A DNA stretch of 64,000 bases from Candidatus Acetothermia bacterium (GTDB lineage: Bacteria > Bipolaricaulota > Bipolaricaulia > RBG-16-55-9 > DRXL01), in contig JACOSB010000035.1 of assembly GCA_016179105.1 (NCBI GenBank), positions 9,479-73,478 on the forward strand. The letters are read 5' to 3'. The notes under the pieces were generated by a model, which saw only the letters and a list, made by a program, of their open reading frames with translations, was not told where the DNA came from and made no database searches. Below are positions 8,937 through 19,344 of the stretch, one piece after another (positions within the stretch are counted from its first letter, which is position 1; each line of letters starts with the position of its first letter). The translations under genes were made by a program, and so were the position numbers.

Positions 8937-11570
8937 TCAAAGTTGAGCTTTCTCGCGGACCCAGGTTTCTCCAGCTTTGAGGGCTCGATCGAGTTGAGTC
9001 AAGTCCGTGCCTCCGCCCTGGGCGAAGCGCGGGCTACCGCCGCCGCCTCCCTTGACAATCGACGTCATCGTCTTGACAATTTCCCCCGCGTGAAATTTTT
9101 TGATGAGCTGAGCCGTCACTTTTGAGACAAGAGCAACTTTTCCCTTATTTGTTCCGCCTAAGATGATAACTCCCGATTCAATCTGCGGTTCGAGCAAATC
9201 TGCCATCATTTTGAGGTCGTCCATCGAAAGATCGAGCCGCGCGCATACGAGCGTCGTGCCGTTGATTGACTGCTTCTGCGAGAACAAACTGTCTTTCTTA
9301 ATCGAGAGCCATTCGCGCTTGAGCGAATCTAACTCTTTTGAGAGTTGGTCGCGCTCTTTCAGTAAAGTCTCGACGCGCGTGAGTAATTCCTTCTCTGTAG
9401 ACTTGAGCATCTGCGCGAGCTGGCGCAATTGATTCTCTTTTTCTCCAAATTGAGCGATCAATTTTTCTCCTACGGCGACATGCACACGACGCACACCGGC
9501 AGCCACGCCCTCTTCGCCGATAATCTTGAAGCCACCGATCTCGCCCGTGCGCGAGACATGTGTGCCTCCACAAAGTTCAATGCTGAACGGTTTTTCATTG
9601 CCAATCTGGACGACACGAACTTTCTCTTTGCCTTGATAATCTTCATTGAAGAGAGCCATCGCGCCGCGCGCTTTCGCGTCTTCTAGGTTTTCAAATGAGA
9701 CCAACACGGGCAGATTATCAAGTATCACATCATTTGTCCGGGCTTCAACCAGATCAATCTCGTCTTTTCTGAGAGGTGCAAAATGCTTAAAGTCAAAGCG
9801 CAGCTCAAAGGGCGCAACGAGCGAACCAGCTTGGATACCCTGGGAATAACCCAGCACTTGTCGGAGCGCCGCATGCAGAATGTGAGTAGCTGTGTGGTTG
9901 CGCATCGTGCGCTTGCGTTTCTCAACGTCAACTCGCAAGCGACACTTGTCGCCCACTTCAAAAGAGCCACTCAGCACTTTAATTTTGTGTAAATGGATAC
10001 CCTGCTCATTGTGTTTGGTATCCAAGACTTCGGCCTGGCCGGGGCGCGAGAGATTCTCAATCCAGCCTGTGTCACCAACTTGGCCTCCGCCGTCGGCATA
10101 GAAAGGTGTCTCAGCGAAAGCGATGAGATCTTTCGCTTGACCCACCATCGATGATTCACAATCAAGGCGGTCATAACCAACGAAGTGTGTCGCGGGTGCA
10201 CTGATCGTTGGCCTAGCTTCGGTGGTCTTTCCGCGAGTGGCGATCTGTCCGCGCGAGCGCTCGCGCTGTTTCTCCATCTCTTGCTCATAGCCCGAGCGAT
10301 CGACGGAAAAGCTGCGCTCACGAGCGACGTCCATCGTGAGCTCAAATGGGAAGCCGAACGTATCGTGCAGCTTGAACGCTTCTGATCCCGGAATCACTTT
10401 CTGCTTTTGTTTTTCGAGCCCAGTCATCAATTCAGAGAGACGCACCAAGCCTTCGTCGAGCGTGCGCTCAAAGCGTTCTTCTTCTTGAGCGATCGCTTTC
10501 AAAATGAAATCCTTTCGTTCATTCAATTCGCGATAGTGCCCGCCCATCTGTTCGATCACAGTCTTGGAAATCTCACCCAAGAATGGATCTTTGAAGCCCA
10601 GTTTCTTGCCAAACCGGATCGCGCGGCGCATGACCATTCTGAGCACGTAGCCGTGCTTTTCGTTGCTGGGCATGACACCCTCAGCGAGCAGAAAAGTCAT
10701 TGCTCGTCCATGGTCAGCGAGCACGCGATAGGGCACGTACTGCGCGCGCATTTGCTCTTCGCTATGCTTCAGCAGTTGGCGGGTCTTTTGGAAGATCGGC
10801 TGAAAGAGATCTGTCTCATAGATGGTAGACGCGTTCTGCAAGACAGCTACGATACGCTCTAGCCCCATTCCCGTATCGACGCCGGGTTTGGGCAGAAGCG
10901 CGCGTTTCCCAGAATCATCTTGGTTGAACTCCATGAAGACAAGATTCCAAACTTCGAGCCAGCGATTGCAGTCGTTATCCAAAGCAGGAGAGCAATCCGG
11001 ACATCCACAGTCGCAATACGTGAGTCCACGATCCCACAGCAATTCGCTGTTTGGTCCACAGGGTCCTGTCTCACCCATCATCCAGAAATTGGTCTTTTCT
11101 CCTAAGCGATGAATGCACTCTTTGGGAACGCCTGCAATCTCTTGCCAGAGCTTGAAGGATTCTTCGTCGTCGCGATACACCGTGAAATGGAATCTGTCTT
11201 TGGGCAGTCCATAGACTTTCGTCAGTAATTCCCAGGCGTAGTGAATCGCCTCGCGCTTAAAATAAGCTCCAAATGAGAAATTACCGAGCATCTCGAAGAA
11301 CGTATTATGTCTGGGCGAAGGGCCGACGTTCTCCAGATCGTTGTGCTTACCCGAGACGCGCATACATTTCTGTACGGTCGCCGCGCGGCTGTAATTCTTC
11401 TTTTCTACTCCCAGAAAAGCTTTCTTGAATTGAACCATGCCGGCGTTCGTGAAGAGCAACGTTGGATCATCGGGCACCAAAGAAGAGCTAGGGACTTCGG
11501 TGTGGCCCTGCTTCTTAAAGTATTCTAGAAACGATGCACGCAGTTCAGACGCCGTCCATTTCTGTGACAT
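8937..11570 (-). CDS. alaS: Alanine--tRNA ligase
   Basis: DPTLLFTNAGMVQFK, RHNTFFEMLGNFSFG, DTGMGLER, editing HTATH...ELCGGTH, C-terminal GGGGG DHHA1. Confidence 0.98.
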   Translation of the reverse strand: MSQKWTASELRASFLEYFKKQGHTEVPSSSLVPDDPTLLFTNAGMVQFKKAFLGVEKKNYSRAATVQKCMRVSGKHNDLENVGPSPRHNTFFEMLGNFSFGAYFKREAIHYAWELLTKVYGLPKDRFHFTVYRDDEESFKLWQEIAGVPKECIHRLGEKTNFWMMGETGPCGPNSELLWDRGLTYCDCGCPDCSPALDNDCNRWLEVWNLVFMEFNQDDSGKRALLPKPGVDTGMGLERIVAVLQNASTIYETDLFQPIFQKTRQLLKHSEEQMRAQYVPYRVLADHGRAMTFLLAEGVMPSNEKHGYVLRMVMRRAIRFGKKLGFKDPFLGEISKTVIEQMGGHYRELNERKDFILKAIAQEEERFERTLDEGLVRLSELMTGLEKQKQKVIPGSEAFKLHDTFGFPFELTMDVARERSFSVDRSGYEQEMEKQRERSRGQIATRGKTTEARPTISAPATHFVGYDRLDCESSMVGQAKDLIAFAETPFYADGGGQVGDTGWIENLSRPGQAEVLDTKHNEQGIHLHKIKVLSGSFEVGDKCRLRVDVEKRKRTMRNHTATHILHAALRQVLGYSQGIQAGSLVAPFELRFDFKHFAPLRKDEIDLVEARTNDVILDNLPVLVSFENLEDAKARGAMALFNEDYQGKEKVRVVQIGNEKPFSIELCGGTHVSRTGEIGGFKIIGEEGVAAGVRRVHVAVGEKLIAQFGEKENQLRQLAQMLKSTEKELLTRVETLLKERDQLSKELDSLKREWLSIKKDSLFSQKQSINGTTLVCARLDLSMDDLKMMADLLEPQIESGVIILGGTNKGKVALVSKVTAQLIKKFHAGEIVKTMTSIVKGGGGGSPRFAQGGGTDLTQLDRALKAGETWVREKAQL

Positions 11571-11671
11571 AGTATGTGATCCCTCAAAGAAAGTTCTGCA
11601 GTACTTCTTGACTGCAGCACTCGATTCGCGCCCAGTTTAGTCTGTGAGAACATGCGGCGCAAGGCCCGCGC

Positions 11672-11700
11672 TTGGAGAAGAGCCTCACGCTCTCTATAAT
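11672..11700 (+). promoter_or_regulatory. Sigma70-type promoter for the M42 peptidase
   Basis: TTGGAG-N17-TATAAT, followed by AAGGAGG and ATG 11728. Confidence 0.6.
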
Positions 11701-11727
11701 GGCCGCATCATAAGGAGGAATTTTTCA

Positions 11728-12798
11728 ATGGAGACGCGTTCGTTGGAATTCTTGAAACGCTTGATGGATACGATCAGCCCTTCCGGCTATGAAGACGAAG
11801 CGGCGAAAGTCTGGATGGAAGAAGCCAAGACGTTCGCTGACGACGTCACGATGGACCTGCACGGCAACGTGATCGCTGTGGTCAATAAGGGCGGAAGCCC
11901 CCGTGTGATGCTCGCCGGCCATATGGACGAGATCGGTTTTCAAGTTAATTATATCGATGAGAAGGGTTTTATTTGGTTTACGACGATCGGCGGATGGGAT
12001 CCACAAATTGCGCAGGGACAGCGCGTCTGGATTCGCGCCAAGAATGGGCGCGTGCCCGGTGTGATCGGCAAGAAACCCATCCACTTGCTCACCCCTGAGG
12101 ATCGCAACAAGGTGGTGACGATCGACCAGTGCTGGATCGATATCGGTGTCAAAGATAAGAAAGAAGCCGAAAAACTCGTAAGCATTGGTGATCCCGTCGT
12201 GCTCGCGTATGGCTTCGAGCAGATGCGTAATGGGTACGCGGTCTCGCGTGGGTTCGACGACAAGGCCGGCGCGTTCGTCTCGCTCGAAGCGGCGCGTATG
12301 CTCTCTAAGCTCAAGCCTAAAGCGGAGATTCACGCCGTCGCAACCGTGCAAGAAGAGATTGGCCTGCGCGGGGCCACGACGAGTGCGTACGGCATCGATC
12401 CCAAAGTGGGCATCGCGATCGACGTCGAGTTTGCCACAGATTTCCCGACGATGGAAGACCCGAAAAAGCGCATCGGCGACGTGAAGATGGGCAAAGGGCC
12501 GGTGGTCGTCCGTGGCGCGAACATCAGCCCGAAAGTCTTCGATCTTTTAGTGAACACGGCCAAAAAGAAGAAGATTCCCTGTCAAGTGATCGGCGAGGCG
12601 AGAGGCACAGGCACCGATGCGAACGCGATTCAATTGAATCGTGCAGGCGTCGCCACGGGCTTGATTGGCGTTCCCAATCGCTACATGCACAGCCCGTGTG
12701 AGGTTGTAAGCTTGGACGACCTGAAAAATTCTTATGAGCTCTTAGCGTACACGCTCGCAGAAATCACTAACAAGACGGATCTCACTCCGTTTGTGTAG
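11728..12798 (+). CDS. M42 family (TET/FrvX-like) aminopeptidase
   Basis: SPSGYE, MLAGHMDEIG, GFDDKAG, TVQEEIGLRGA, GTGTDA, PNRYMHSP. Strong SD before 11728. Confidence 0.93.
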   Translation: METRSLEFLKRLMDTISPSGYEDEAAKVWMEEAKTFADDVTMDLHGNVIAVVNKGGSPRVMLAGHMDEIGFQVNYIDEKGFIWFTTIGGWDPQIAQGQRVWIRAKNGRVPGVIGKKPIHLLTPEDRNKVVTIDQCWIDIGVKDKKEAEKLVSIGDPVVLAYGFEQMRNGYAVSRGFDDKAGAFVSLEAARMLSKLKPKAEIHAVATVQEEIGLRGATTSAYGIDPKVGIAIDVEFATDFPTMEDPKKRIGDVKMGKGPVVVRGANISPKVFDLLVNTAKKKKIPCQVIGEARGTGTDANAIQLNRAGVATGLIGVPNRYMHSPCEVVSLDDLKNSYELLAYTLAEITNKTDLTPFV

Positions 12799-12802
12799 AT
12801 CT

Positions 12803-12896
12803 GAATCACGGAAGTCACGGAAGCTCCACGGAAGACACGGAAAACGGCCTGGATTTCTTCCGTGTTTTCCGCACTACTCAGCGCATTCCGTGATTC
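12803..12896. repeat. Degenerate ~94-bp palindromic intergenic element (copy 2)
   Basis: 11-bp terminal inverted repeat GAATCACGGAA...TTCCGTGATTC. Four internal CACGGAA units. Similar to 5435-5524. Confidence 0.7.
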
Positions 12897-13030
12897 TAGA
12901 CAATCCACGAGATAGGACATAGGTAAAACCCCGAAGGGTCTCTTGTAGTGGCAAAAGTCGGACAATTTTAGTATCTTTTTTAGCTGTCTTCAGTATGGTT
13001 TCTCTGTGAGATTGAGGAGGAAGATTTTCC

Positions 13031-14995
13031 ATGTCCCAACGTACGAACTCGCTGGCCTGGCTCCTAGGCGGTGCGCAATACAGCGGCGTTGAGTCATCCG
13101 TCACACTCTTCGCCCGTGCGTGCGCAGCCGGCGGCCTTCATATCTACAGCCAGCGTGAGTATTATTCGAACATCATGGGTGAGCACAGTTATTTTCAAGT
13201 GCGTGTCGATGAAAAGCCCATCCATTCTATCCGTTCTACTGCTGACCTGATTGTCTCTGCCGATGCTGAAACCGTCTTTATTCATGGACGAAACGTCAAT
13301 CCCAACGGCGGCATTATCTACGATTCAAAATTGGTTGACACACCCATCAGCAAAGTCCCCATGATGGAACACCAAGCCCGCGAAGAGATTCTCCACTATC
13401 TAAAATCCAAGGGCTTGGGCGAAACGGTGGGAGATATGATAAAAGACGCCGAGAAGCGCGGCGTCCGGCTCTATCCCATCCCGTATGACGAGCTCTTGCA
13501 AAAGATGGCATCAGGCCAAATGATTCAACTCGCTCAAGGCCGACGCATTGCCAATGCCATGGCGGTCGCGGCTTCATTAGCCGTTTTGAACTATGATATT
13601 AAGAAACTTGAGGAAGCACTCACGGAGATCTTCCAGGGCAAAAAGAAGATCATCGATCTCAACATGAAAGCCGTTGAGATCACTTACGATTACGTGCGCA
13701 AGACGTTTAAGAATGACTTCCTTGTTCAGCTGGTGCCCATAGCAACCAAAGAAACGCGGCTCTATGTCGGCGGCAACCAAGCTGTGGCTCTGGGCAAGAT
13801 CGCCGCCGGATGCACGGTCCAAACATACTATCCGATCAGCCCAGCCACCGACGAGAGCACGTATCTTGAAGCGCACGGCGTCTTCCCGCACACGCGAGAA
13901 GCTCAAGATGTCTCGGGAGCCGAGAAGGGTTCGATCTTAGTCATACAAACGGAAGACGAGATCGCGGCCATCACGATGGCCACGGGCGCGACCCTCACGG
14001 GCGCTCGCGCCGCCACGAGCACGTCTGGTCCTGGCTTCTCACTGATGGTGGAAGCACTCGGCTGGGCGGGCATCAATGAAGTTCCGGTCGTCGTCCAGCT
14101 CTATCAACGCGGCAGTCCAAGTACGGGTCTGCCGACGCGCCACGAGCAGGGCGATCTCAGATTCGTCTTGCACGCAGGTCACGGTGAGTTCCCTAGAATT
14201 GTACTCGCTTCGGGCGATCTCGAAGAGTGCTTCTACGATGCGATGCGCATCTTCAATTACGCCGAGCGTTACCAGACACCCGCGATTCATCTCCTGGATA
14301 AAGCACTCGCGAGCAGCAGCCAGACGCTCGCTCCCTTCAGGTCCGAGATGGTGAAGATCGATCGCGGGGCTCTGCTGGGCGAACGAGAAGTGATGGCCAA
14401 GAGTAGCAATGGTGGTTTCAAACGCTTTGAGTACACGGATTCCGGGGTCTCGGAGCGCACCGGGCTTGGCACGAAGGGCGGCATCTTCTGGAACACAGGC
14501 GACGAGCACGATGAGTACGGGCACATCATCGAAGATCCGACCGTACGTGTTCAGATGATGGAGAAGCGAGCCAAAAAATTAGAGCTGGCTGCGAAAGAGA
14601 TCCCGCTCTCAGAGAAGATGAACATATTCGGCGATCCCAAAGCCGAGACCGTGATTTTGAGCTGGGGCTCAACCAAGGGCGCGATCTTGGATGCGATGGA
14701 AGTGTTGAAAGCCGAGGGTGTTAACGTCTGCTTCGTGCAAGTGCGATTGATTCAGCCCTTGCCCTCCGAAGAGCTACGTCAGGCTGTGATCAATGCAAAA
14801 CGCCGGCTCTGCATAGAGAACAATTTTTCGGGCCAATTCGCCGGTTGGGTGCGCGAGCACACGGGTTTGACGATGGATCATCTGATTGTGAAGTACAACG
14901 GGCGCCCAATGTCGATGGACGAGATTGTTAATGCCGTCAAGCAATCAGTCAAGGGCAAAGCGCCCAAGAGAATTGTGCTCACTGATGGTGAGTAA
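13031..14995 (+). CDS. 2-oxoacid:ferredoxin oxidoreductase alpha subunit (gamma-alpha fused type)
   Basis: N-terminal gamma-like domain (GGAQYSGV, YSNIMGEHS), YYPISPATD, QTEDEIAA, ATSTSGPGFSLM, QRGSPSTGLPT. Confidence 0.93.
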   Translation: MSQRTNSLAWLLGGAQYSGVESSVTLFARACAAGGLHIYSQREYYSNIMGEHSYFQVRVDEKPIHSIRSTADLIVSADAETVFIHGRNVNPNGGIIYDSKLVDTPISKVPMMEHQAREEILHYLKSKGLGETVGDMIKDAEKRGVRLYPIPYDELLQKMASGQMIQLAQGRRIANAMAVAASLAVLNYDIKKLEEALTEIFQGKKKIIDLNMKAVEITYDYVRKTFKNDFLVQLVPIATKETRLYVGGNQAVALGKIAAGCTVQTYYPISPATDESTYLEAHGVFPHTREAQDVSGAEKGSILVIQTEDEIAAITMATGATLTGARAATSTSGPGFSLMVEALGWAGINEVPVVVQLYQRGSPSTGLPTRHEQGDLRFVLHAGHGEFPRIVLASGDLEECFYDAMRIFNYAERYQTPAIHLLDKALASSSQTLAPFRSEMVKIDRGALLGEREVMAKSSNGGFKRFEYTDSGVSERTGLGTKGGIFWNTGDEHDEYGHIIEDPTVRVQMMEKRAKKLELAAKEIPLSEKMNIFGDPKAETVILSWGSTKGAILDAMEVLKAEGVNVCFVQVRLIQPLPSEELRQAVINAKRRLCIENNFSGQFAGWVREHTGLTMDHLIVKYNGRPMSMDEIVNAVKQSVKGKAPKRIVLTDGE

Positions 14996-15006
14996 GGAGA
15001 GAGATT

Positions 15007-15978
15007 ATGCCCGTCAAGGTACAAGATTTTAAGACAGCCGTACACAACAACTGGTGCCCCGGTTGTGGTGATTTTGGTATTCTGAACTCAGTCCAGATGG
15101 CGCTTGCCGAGATGAATTTGGAACCACACCAAGTAGCTGTTTTCTCTGGCATCGGCTGTTCGGGCAAGACGCCGCACTATATCAATGCCTATGGTGTGCA
15201 CACGCTGCACGGTCGTGTGCTGCCCTTTGCAATTGGTGGGAAGCTCGCCAATCCCGAGCTCACGGTCGTGGCCGTCGGTGGAGATGGCGATGGGATGGGC
15301 ATTGGCGGCGGACACTTCGTGAATGCCGGACGTCGCAACGTGGATATGACCTATATTTTGCATAACAATGGCGTCTACGGTCTCACCAAGGGTCAAGCTT
15401 CGCCAACGCTCAAGCTGGGGGTTCAAACAAAAAGCTTGCCGATGCCGAACATCAACGAAGGCATTAACCCGCTCTTCTTGTCGCTCGCTGCGGGGTACAC
15501 GTTCATCGCGCGCGGCTACGCCTATGACATCAAACATTTGGTCGGGCTCATCAAGCAAGCGATCAATCATCGGGGTGCTTCGTTCGTCGAAGTGTTGCAA
15601 CCCTGCCCGACCTACAACGACATCAACACCAAAGACTGGTACGGCGGAGAAGATCGCAAAGACGCGACGGGTCGAGCCGCGCCGCGCGTCTACAAAGTTG
15701 ACGAGAAAAGCTACAATCCCGACATCAAGCCGGGCATGAGCGCCGAAGAAGTCAATGGGAAGTTAGCGAATTTTGTCAGCAAAGCGATGGAATGGGGCGA
15801 TCGCATCCCGATCGGTATCTTTATGAAGAACGAGACAACCTCGAGCTATGACGAGCGCATCCTGGAGCGAATCCCGTTCTATATGCAGGTGCCGCCGGCC
15901 AAGCGCTTGATCGCCGATGAAGCAAACCGCTCAAGCGCAGATTTGACGCCGCTCTTTAATGAACTAAAAGTTCGATAA
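15007..15978 (+). CDS. 2-oxoacid:ferredoxin oxidoreductase beta subunit (TPP-binding)
   Basis: WCPGCGDFG, SGIGCS, HTLHGR, GGDGD, NNGVYGLTKGQASPT, QPCPTYN. Confidence 0.94.
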   Translation: MPVKVQDFKTAVHNNWCPGCGDFGILNSVQMALAEMNLEPHQVAVFSGIGCSGKTPHYINAYGVHTLHGRVLPFAIGGKLANPELTVVAVGGDGDGMGIGGGHFVNAGRRNVDMTYILHNNGVYGLTKGQASPTLKLGVQTKSLPMPNINEGINPLFLSLAAGYTFIARGYAYDIKHLVGLIKQAINHRGASFVEVLQPCPTYNDINTKDWYGGEDRKDATGRAAPRVYKVDEKSYNPDIKPGMSAEEVNGKLANFVSKAMEWGDRIPIGIFMKNETTSSYDERILERIPFYMQVPPAKRLIADEANRSSADLTPLFNELKVR

Positions 15979-16004
15979 ATCGAGTCATATAATACACTCG
16001 GAAT

Positions 16005-16038
16005 ACAAAAGGGAAGGCCTAGTCGCCTTGCCTTTTGT
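16005..16038. terminator. Probable bidirectional intrinsic terminator between convergent OFOR beta and glnS
   Basis: ACAAAAGG-GAAGGC-loop-GCCTTG-CCTTTTGT inverted repeat with A/T tracts on both sides. Confidence 0.75.
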
Positions 16039-16067
16039 CAATTTCCATAGACAATCGTTCCCAACTT

Positions 16068-17771
16068 TTATTTCTTCTGACCCTTCTGAATCTTCGCCCA
16101 CTCGTCACGCAAAGTCACCGTGCGATTGAAGACAAGTTTTCCTGAAGTAGATTCAGGGTCAACGCAAAAGTAGCCCTTGCGTTCGAACTGGAAGTGATCG
16201 CCAGACTTGGCTGAGGCAAGGCTCGGCTCCAGCTTGCAGCCCTGAAGCACGATGAGTGAATTCGGGTTGATATTTTCCAGAAAGCTCTTGCCTTCTTCGA
16301 CGTCCAGCGGATCTTCTTTGGTAAACAGGTGTTCGTAGCGGCGCACTTCGGCATCGATCGCGTGCTTAGCTGAGACCCAATGGAGTGTCGCTTTTACTTT
16401 ACGACCGTCGGGGGCCTCGCCGCCTCTAGAAGCTGGATCAAAGGTGCAATGCAACTCCACGATTTTGCCGGATGCATCCTTCACGACGTTAGTGCATCTG
16501 GCCAAGCACGCATATCGTAGTCGGACTTCCCGTCCCGGAGCCAAGCGGAAGAAATCCTTCGGTGGGTTTTCCATGAAATCCTCGCGCTCGATATAAAGCA
16601 TCTTGGAGAAGGGTACCTTGCGAGTCCCAGCACTCAGGTCTTCCGGGTTGTTCACAGCGTCGAATTCCTCGACTTGATTATCGGGATAGTTCGCAATAGT
16701 AACTTTCAGTGGATCGAGCACGGCCATCGCACGCTGTGCTCGCTTGTTCAAATCCTGGCGCAAGCAATACTCCAGCAGCTCGAATTCGACGATGCTCTCG
16801 GTTTTCGTGACCCCGGTGCGTTTGACTAATTCTTGAATCGCTTCGGGGGTGTAGCCGCGCCGGCGCAACCCGGCGATCGTGTGCATCCGCGGATCATCCC
16901 AGCCGCGCACATGACCTTCCTGCACCAATTGCAAGAGCAGACGCTTGCTCATCACTGTATACGTTAGTCTGAGTCGTGCGAACTCGATCTGCTGCGGGTG
17001 ATGTATGCCCAGTTGATCCAAGTACCAATCGTAGAGCGGCCTGTGATTCTCGAACTCTAACGTGCAAATGGAGTGAGTGATTTCTTCGATAGAATCAGAT
17101 TGCCCGTGGGCCCAATCGTAGGTTGGATAGATGCACCATTTGTCCCCCGCACGTTGATGGGGAGTGTGCAAGATCCGATACATGACTGGGTCGCGCATGT
17201 TCAAATTGGGATGAGCCATATCGATCTTGGCTCTCAGTGTTTTCGAACCGTTGGGGAATTCTCCGGCGCGCATTCGCAGGAAGAGGTCTAAGTTTTCTTC
17301 CACAGAACGGTTGCGATACGGGCTATCTTTCCCCGGCGGAGTGATAATCTTGTCGCCCACTTTAACGGCCTTGCCGCGGTATTCGCTGATCTCCTCCGAC
17401 GAGAGATCACACACATAGGCTTTCCCCGCGCGAATCAGCTGCTCGGCCCAATCATAGAGCCGATCGAAATAATCAGCCGCATAGAATTCGCGATCTTCCC
17501 AGTCCGCGCCGAGCCAGTGCATGTCGCGCTTGAACGCATCGACGTACTCTTGATCCTCTTTTTCTGGGTTAGTGTCGTCGAAACGCAGGTTGAATTTCCC
17601 ATTGAACTCTTTAGCGATCCCATAATTGAGCAAAACGCTCTTGGCGTGGCCGATATGCATATACCCGTTGGGCTCTGGGGGAAAGCGCGTGTGCACACGG
17701 CCGCCATTTTTTCCCTTTTTCACGTCTTCGGTGATGATCTCACGAATGAAATCTAGAGAAGCTTCGCTCAT
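16068..17771 (-). CDS. glnS: Glutamine--tRNA ligase
   Basis: [70 protein letters not shown]. Confidence 0.97.
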   Translation of the reverse strand: MSEASLDFIREIITEDVKKGKNGGRVHTRFPPEPNGYMHIGHAKSVLLNYGIAKEFNGKFNLRFDDTNPEKEDQEYVDAFKRDMHWLGADWEDREFYAADYFDRLYDWAEQLIRAGKAYVCDLSSEEISEYRGKAVKVGDKIITPPGKDSPYRNRSVEENLDLFLRMRAGEFPNGSKTLRAKIDMAHPNLNMRDPVMYRILHTPHQRAGDKWCIYPTYDWAHGQSDSIEEITHSICTLEFENHRPLYDWYLDQLGIHHPQQIEFARLRLTYTVMSKRLLLQLVQEGHVRGWDDPRMHTIAGLRRRGYTPEAIQELVKRTGVTKTESIVEFELLEYCLRQDLNKRAQRAMAVLDPLKVTIANYPDNQVEEFDAVNNPEDLSAGTRKVPFSKMLYIEREDFMENPPKDFFRLAPGREVRLRYACLARCTNVVKDASGKIVELHCTFDPASRGGEAPDGRKVKATLHWVSAKHAIDAEVRRYEHLFTKEDPLDVEEGKSFLENINPNSLIVLQGCKLEPSLASAKSGDHFQFERKGYFCVDPESTSGKLVFNRTVTLRDEWAKIQKGQKK

Positions 17772-17772
17772 C

Positions 17773-19224
17773 TTAATTTTCCCTCGATGCTTGGCTAATC
17801 AACGTATTCGCCTGCCGGAGCCGAGTGATGACTTTGTCACGTCCGAGGATCTCCATCGTCTCAAAGAGTCCCGCTCCCGTCGTCCGCCCCGTGATGGCCA
17901 CGCGGCAACTCTGCGCGACATCTTTGAGCGTCTTGCCCTTGGTCTCCAGATAGCCGCGGGCTACATGATCGAGCGTCGCGGTTTTGAACTCGGGCACATC
18001 AGAGAAGGCTATCGCAAGCCCTTCCAGAAGTGGAAACTTGTCCGGCGTCAAGAATTTTTTCACACCCTCGGGGTCGTATGAAATACTGTCCTTCAGCAAA
18101 TAGCTCGCTGAATCGGCTAACTCGACGAGAGTGCGATTGCGCTCTTTGAAGAAATCGACGATCTTTGCCAAGGTCTCGCTCGGCACCGCTTGTGCGTCAG
18201 ACTCGCTCATGTGTCCACGCTTGACCAAGAACGCTCTCACCTGCTCGCCGATCTTCTTGGGGTCGCCGGACTTGATATAGTGATGGTTCAGCCACAAGAG
18301 TTTTTCTTCATCAAAGATTGCTGCTGAAGGGTGCACCTGCTCCAATGCGAAATGTTGAATCAGCTCGTCGATAGTAAAAATCTCTTGGTCTCCATGAGAC
18401 CAGCCTAAACGCGCCAGATAATTGACGAGCGCCTCCGGCAAGATGCCACGGTCTTGAAACTCGGAAACAGCCGTCGATCCGTGACGCTTCGAAAGCTTGC
18501 TTCTATCTTTGGCTAGGACCATCGGCACATGAGCGAAGACGGGCAAGGGATAATTGAGCGCCCGATAGATTAAAATCTGCTTCGGCGTGTTGTTCAGATG
18601 TTCGTCGGCGCGAATCACGTGGGTGATCTTCATCAAGACATCATCGACGACCACCGCAAAGTTATACGTCGGACGCCCGTCGCCGCGCTGAATGATGAAG
18701 TCGTCCAAATCGGTGCTGTCAAACTCGACACGGCCACGGATGAGATCATCGACGACCGTGACGCCCGTCGAAGGAGCTTTGATTCTAAGAGCCGGCTTTC
18801 GTCCTTCTTTAATAAAGGCTTGCTCTTGCTCGGGCGTCAGATCGCGACATCGGCGATCATACCTGGGATTGCGCTTGGCGGCCATCGCTTCTTTGCGCCT
18901 CGCCTCAAGCTCTTCCGGAGTGCAATAGCATTTGTAGGCGTGCCCTTGCTCTAAGAGTTTCTGAGCGTGTTGCCGATATAGTTCAAAACGCTGGCTTTGA
19001 AAATAGGGGCCCTCGTCCCAAAGCAACCCCAGCCACCGGTAACTCTCCATGATTGGCTCTACAAGTTCCGGTCGATTGCGCTCGGTATCCGTATCTTCGA
19101 AGCGCAAAATATAAGTGCCCCGCTGATGCTTCGCAAAGAGCCAGTTGAAGAGCGTAGTTCTGGCACTTCCTACGTGCAGCTCTCCCGTGGGACTCGGAGC
19201 AAAACGCACCCGTACTTCCGCCAT
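17773..19224 (-). CDS. gltX: Glutamate--tRNA ligase
   Basis: [23 protein letters not shown] zinc motif, [15 protein letters not shown]. Confidence 0.97.
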   Translation of the reverse strand: MAEVRVRFAPSPTGELHVGSARTTLFNWLFAKHQRGTYILRFEDTDTERNRPELVEPIMESYRWLGLLWDEGPYFQSQRFELYRQHAQKLLEQGHAYKCYCTPEELEARRKEAMAAKRNPRYDRRCRDLTPEQEQAFIKEGRKPALRIKAPSTGVTVVDDLIRGRVEFDSTDLDDFIIQRGDGRPTYNFAVVVDDVLMKITHVIRADEHLNNTPKQILIYRALNYPLPVFAHVPMVLAKDRSKLSKRHGSTAVSEFQDRGILPEALVNYLARLGWSHGDQEIFTIDELIQHFALEQVHPSAAIFDEEKLLWLNHHYIKSGDPKKIGEQVRAFLVKRGHMSESDAQAVPSETLAKIVDFFKERNRTLVELADSASYLLKDSISYDPEGVKKFLTPDKFPLLEGLAIAFSDVPEFKTATLDHVARGYLETKGKTLKDVAQSCRVAITGRTTGAGLFETMEILGRDKVITRLRQANTLISQASREN

Positions 19225-19264
19225 GTTCGCACCTCGTTGAAAAATGTGTTCGCCCTGAAAGGCA

Positions 19265-19289
19265 GGGGCAACCCCCCGTTGGTTGCCCC
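19265..19289. repeat. REP-like palindrome
   Basis: GGGGCAACC-N7-GGTTGCCCC between ilvE and gltX. Confidence 0.5.
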
Positions 19290-19344
19290 AATCACTTGAC
19301 TTGCCACATGGTTTTTAAGAACAGGCACGGGGTCCTGTTCTTAT

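Noticed and set aside
12803-12845. CACGGAA tandem units considered as a mini-CRISPR
   Set aside because: The units are 7 nt with 2-4 nt spacing and form one arm of a palindrome.
19225-19344. T-box leaders upstream of gltX/glnS and alaS
   Set aside because: The intergenic regions are too short, and no T-box consensus or specifier stem was seen.
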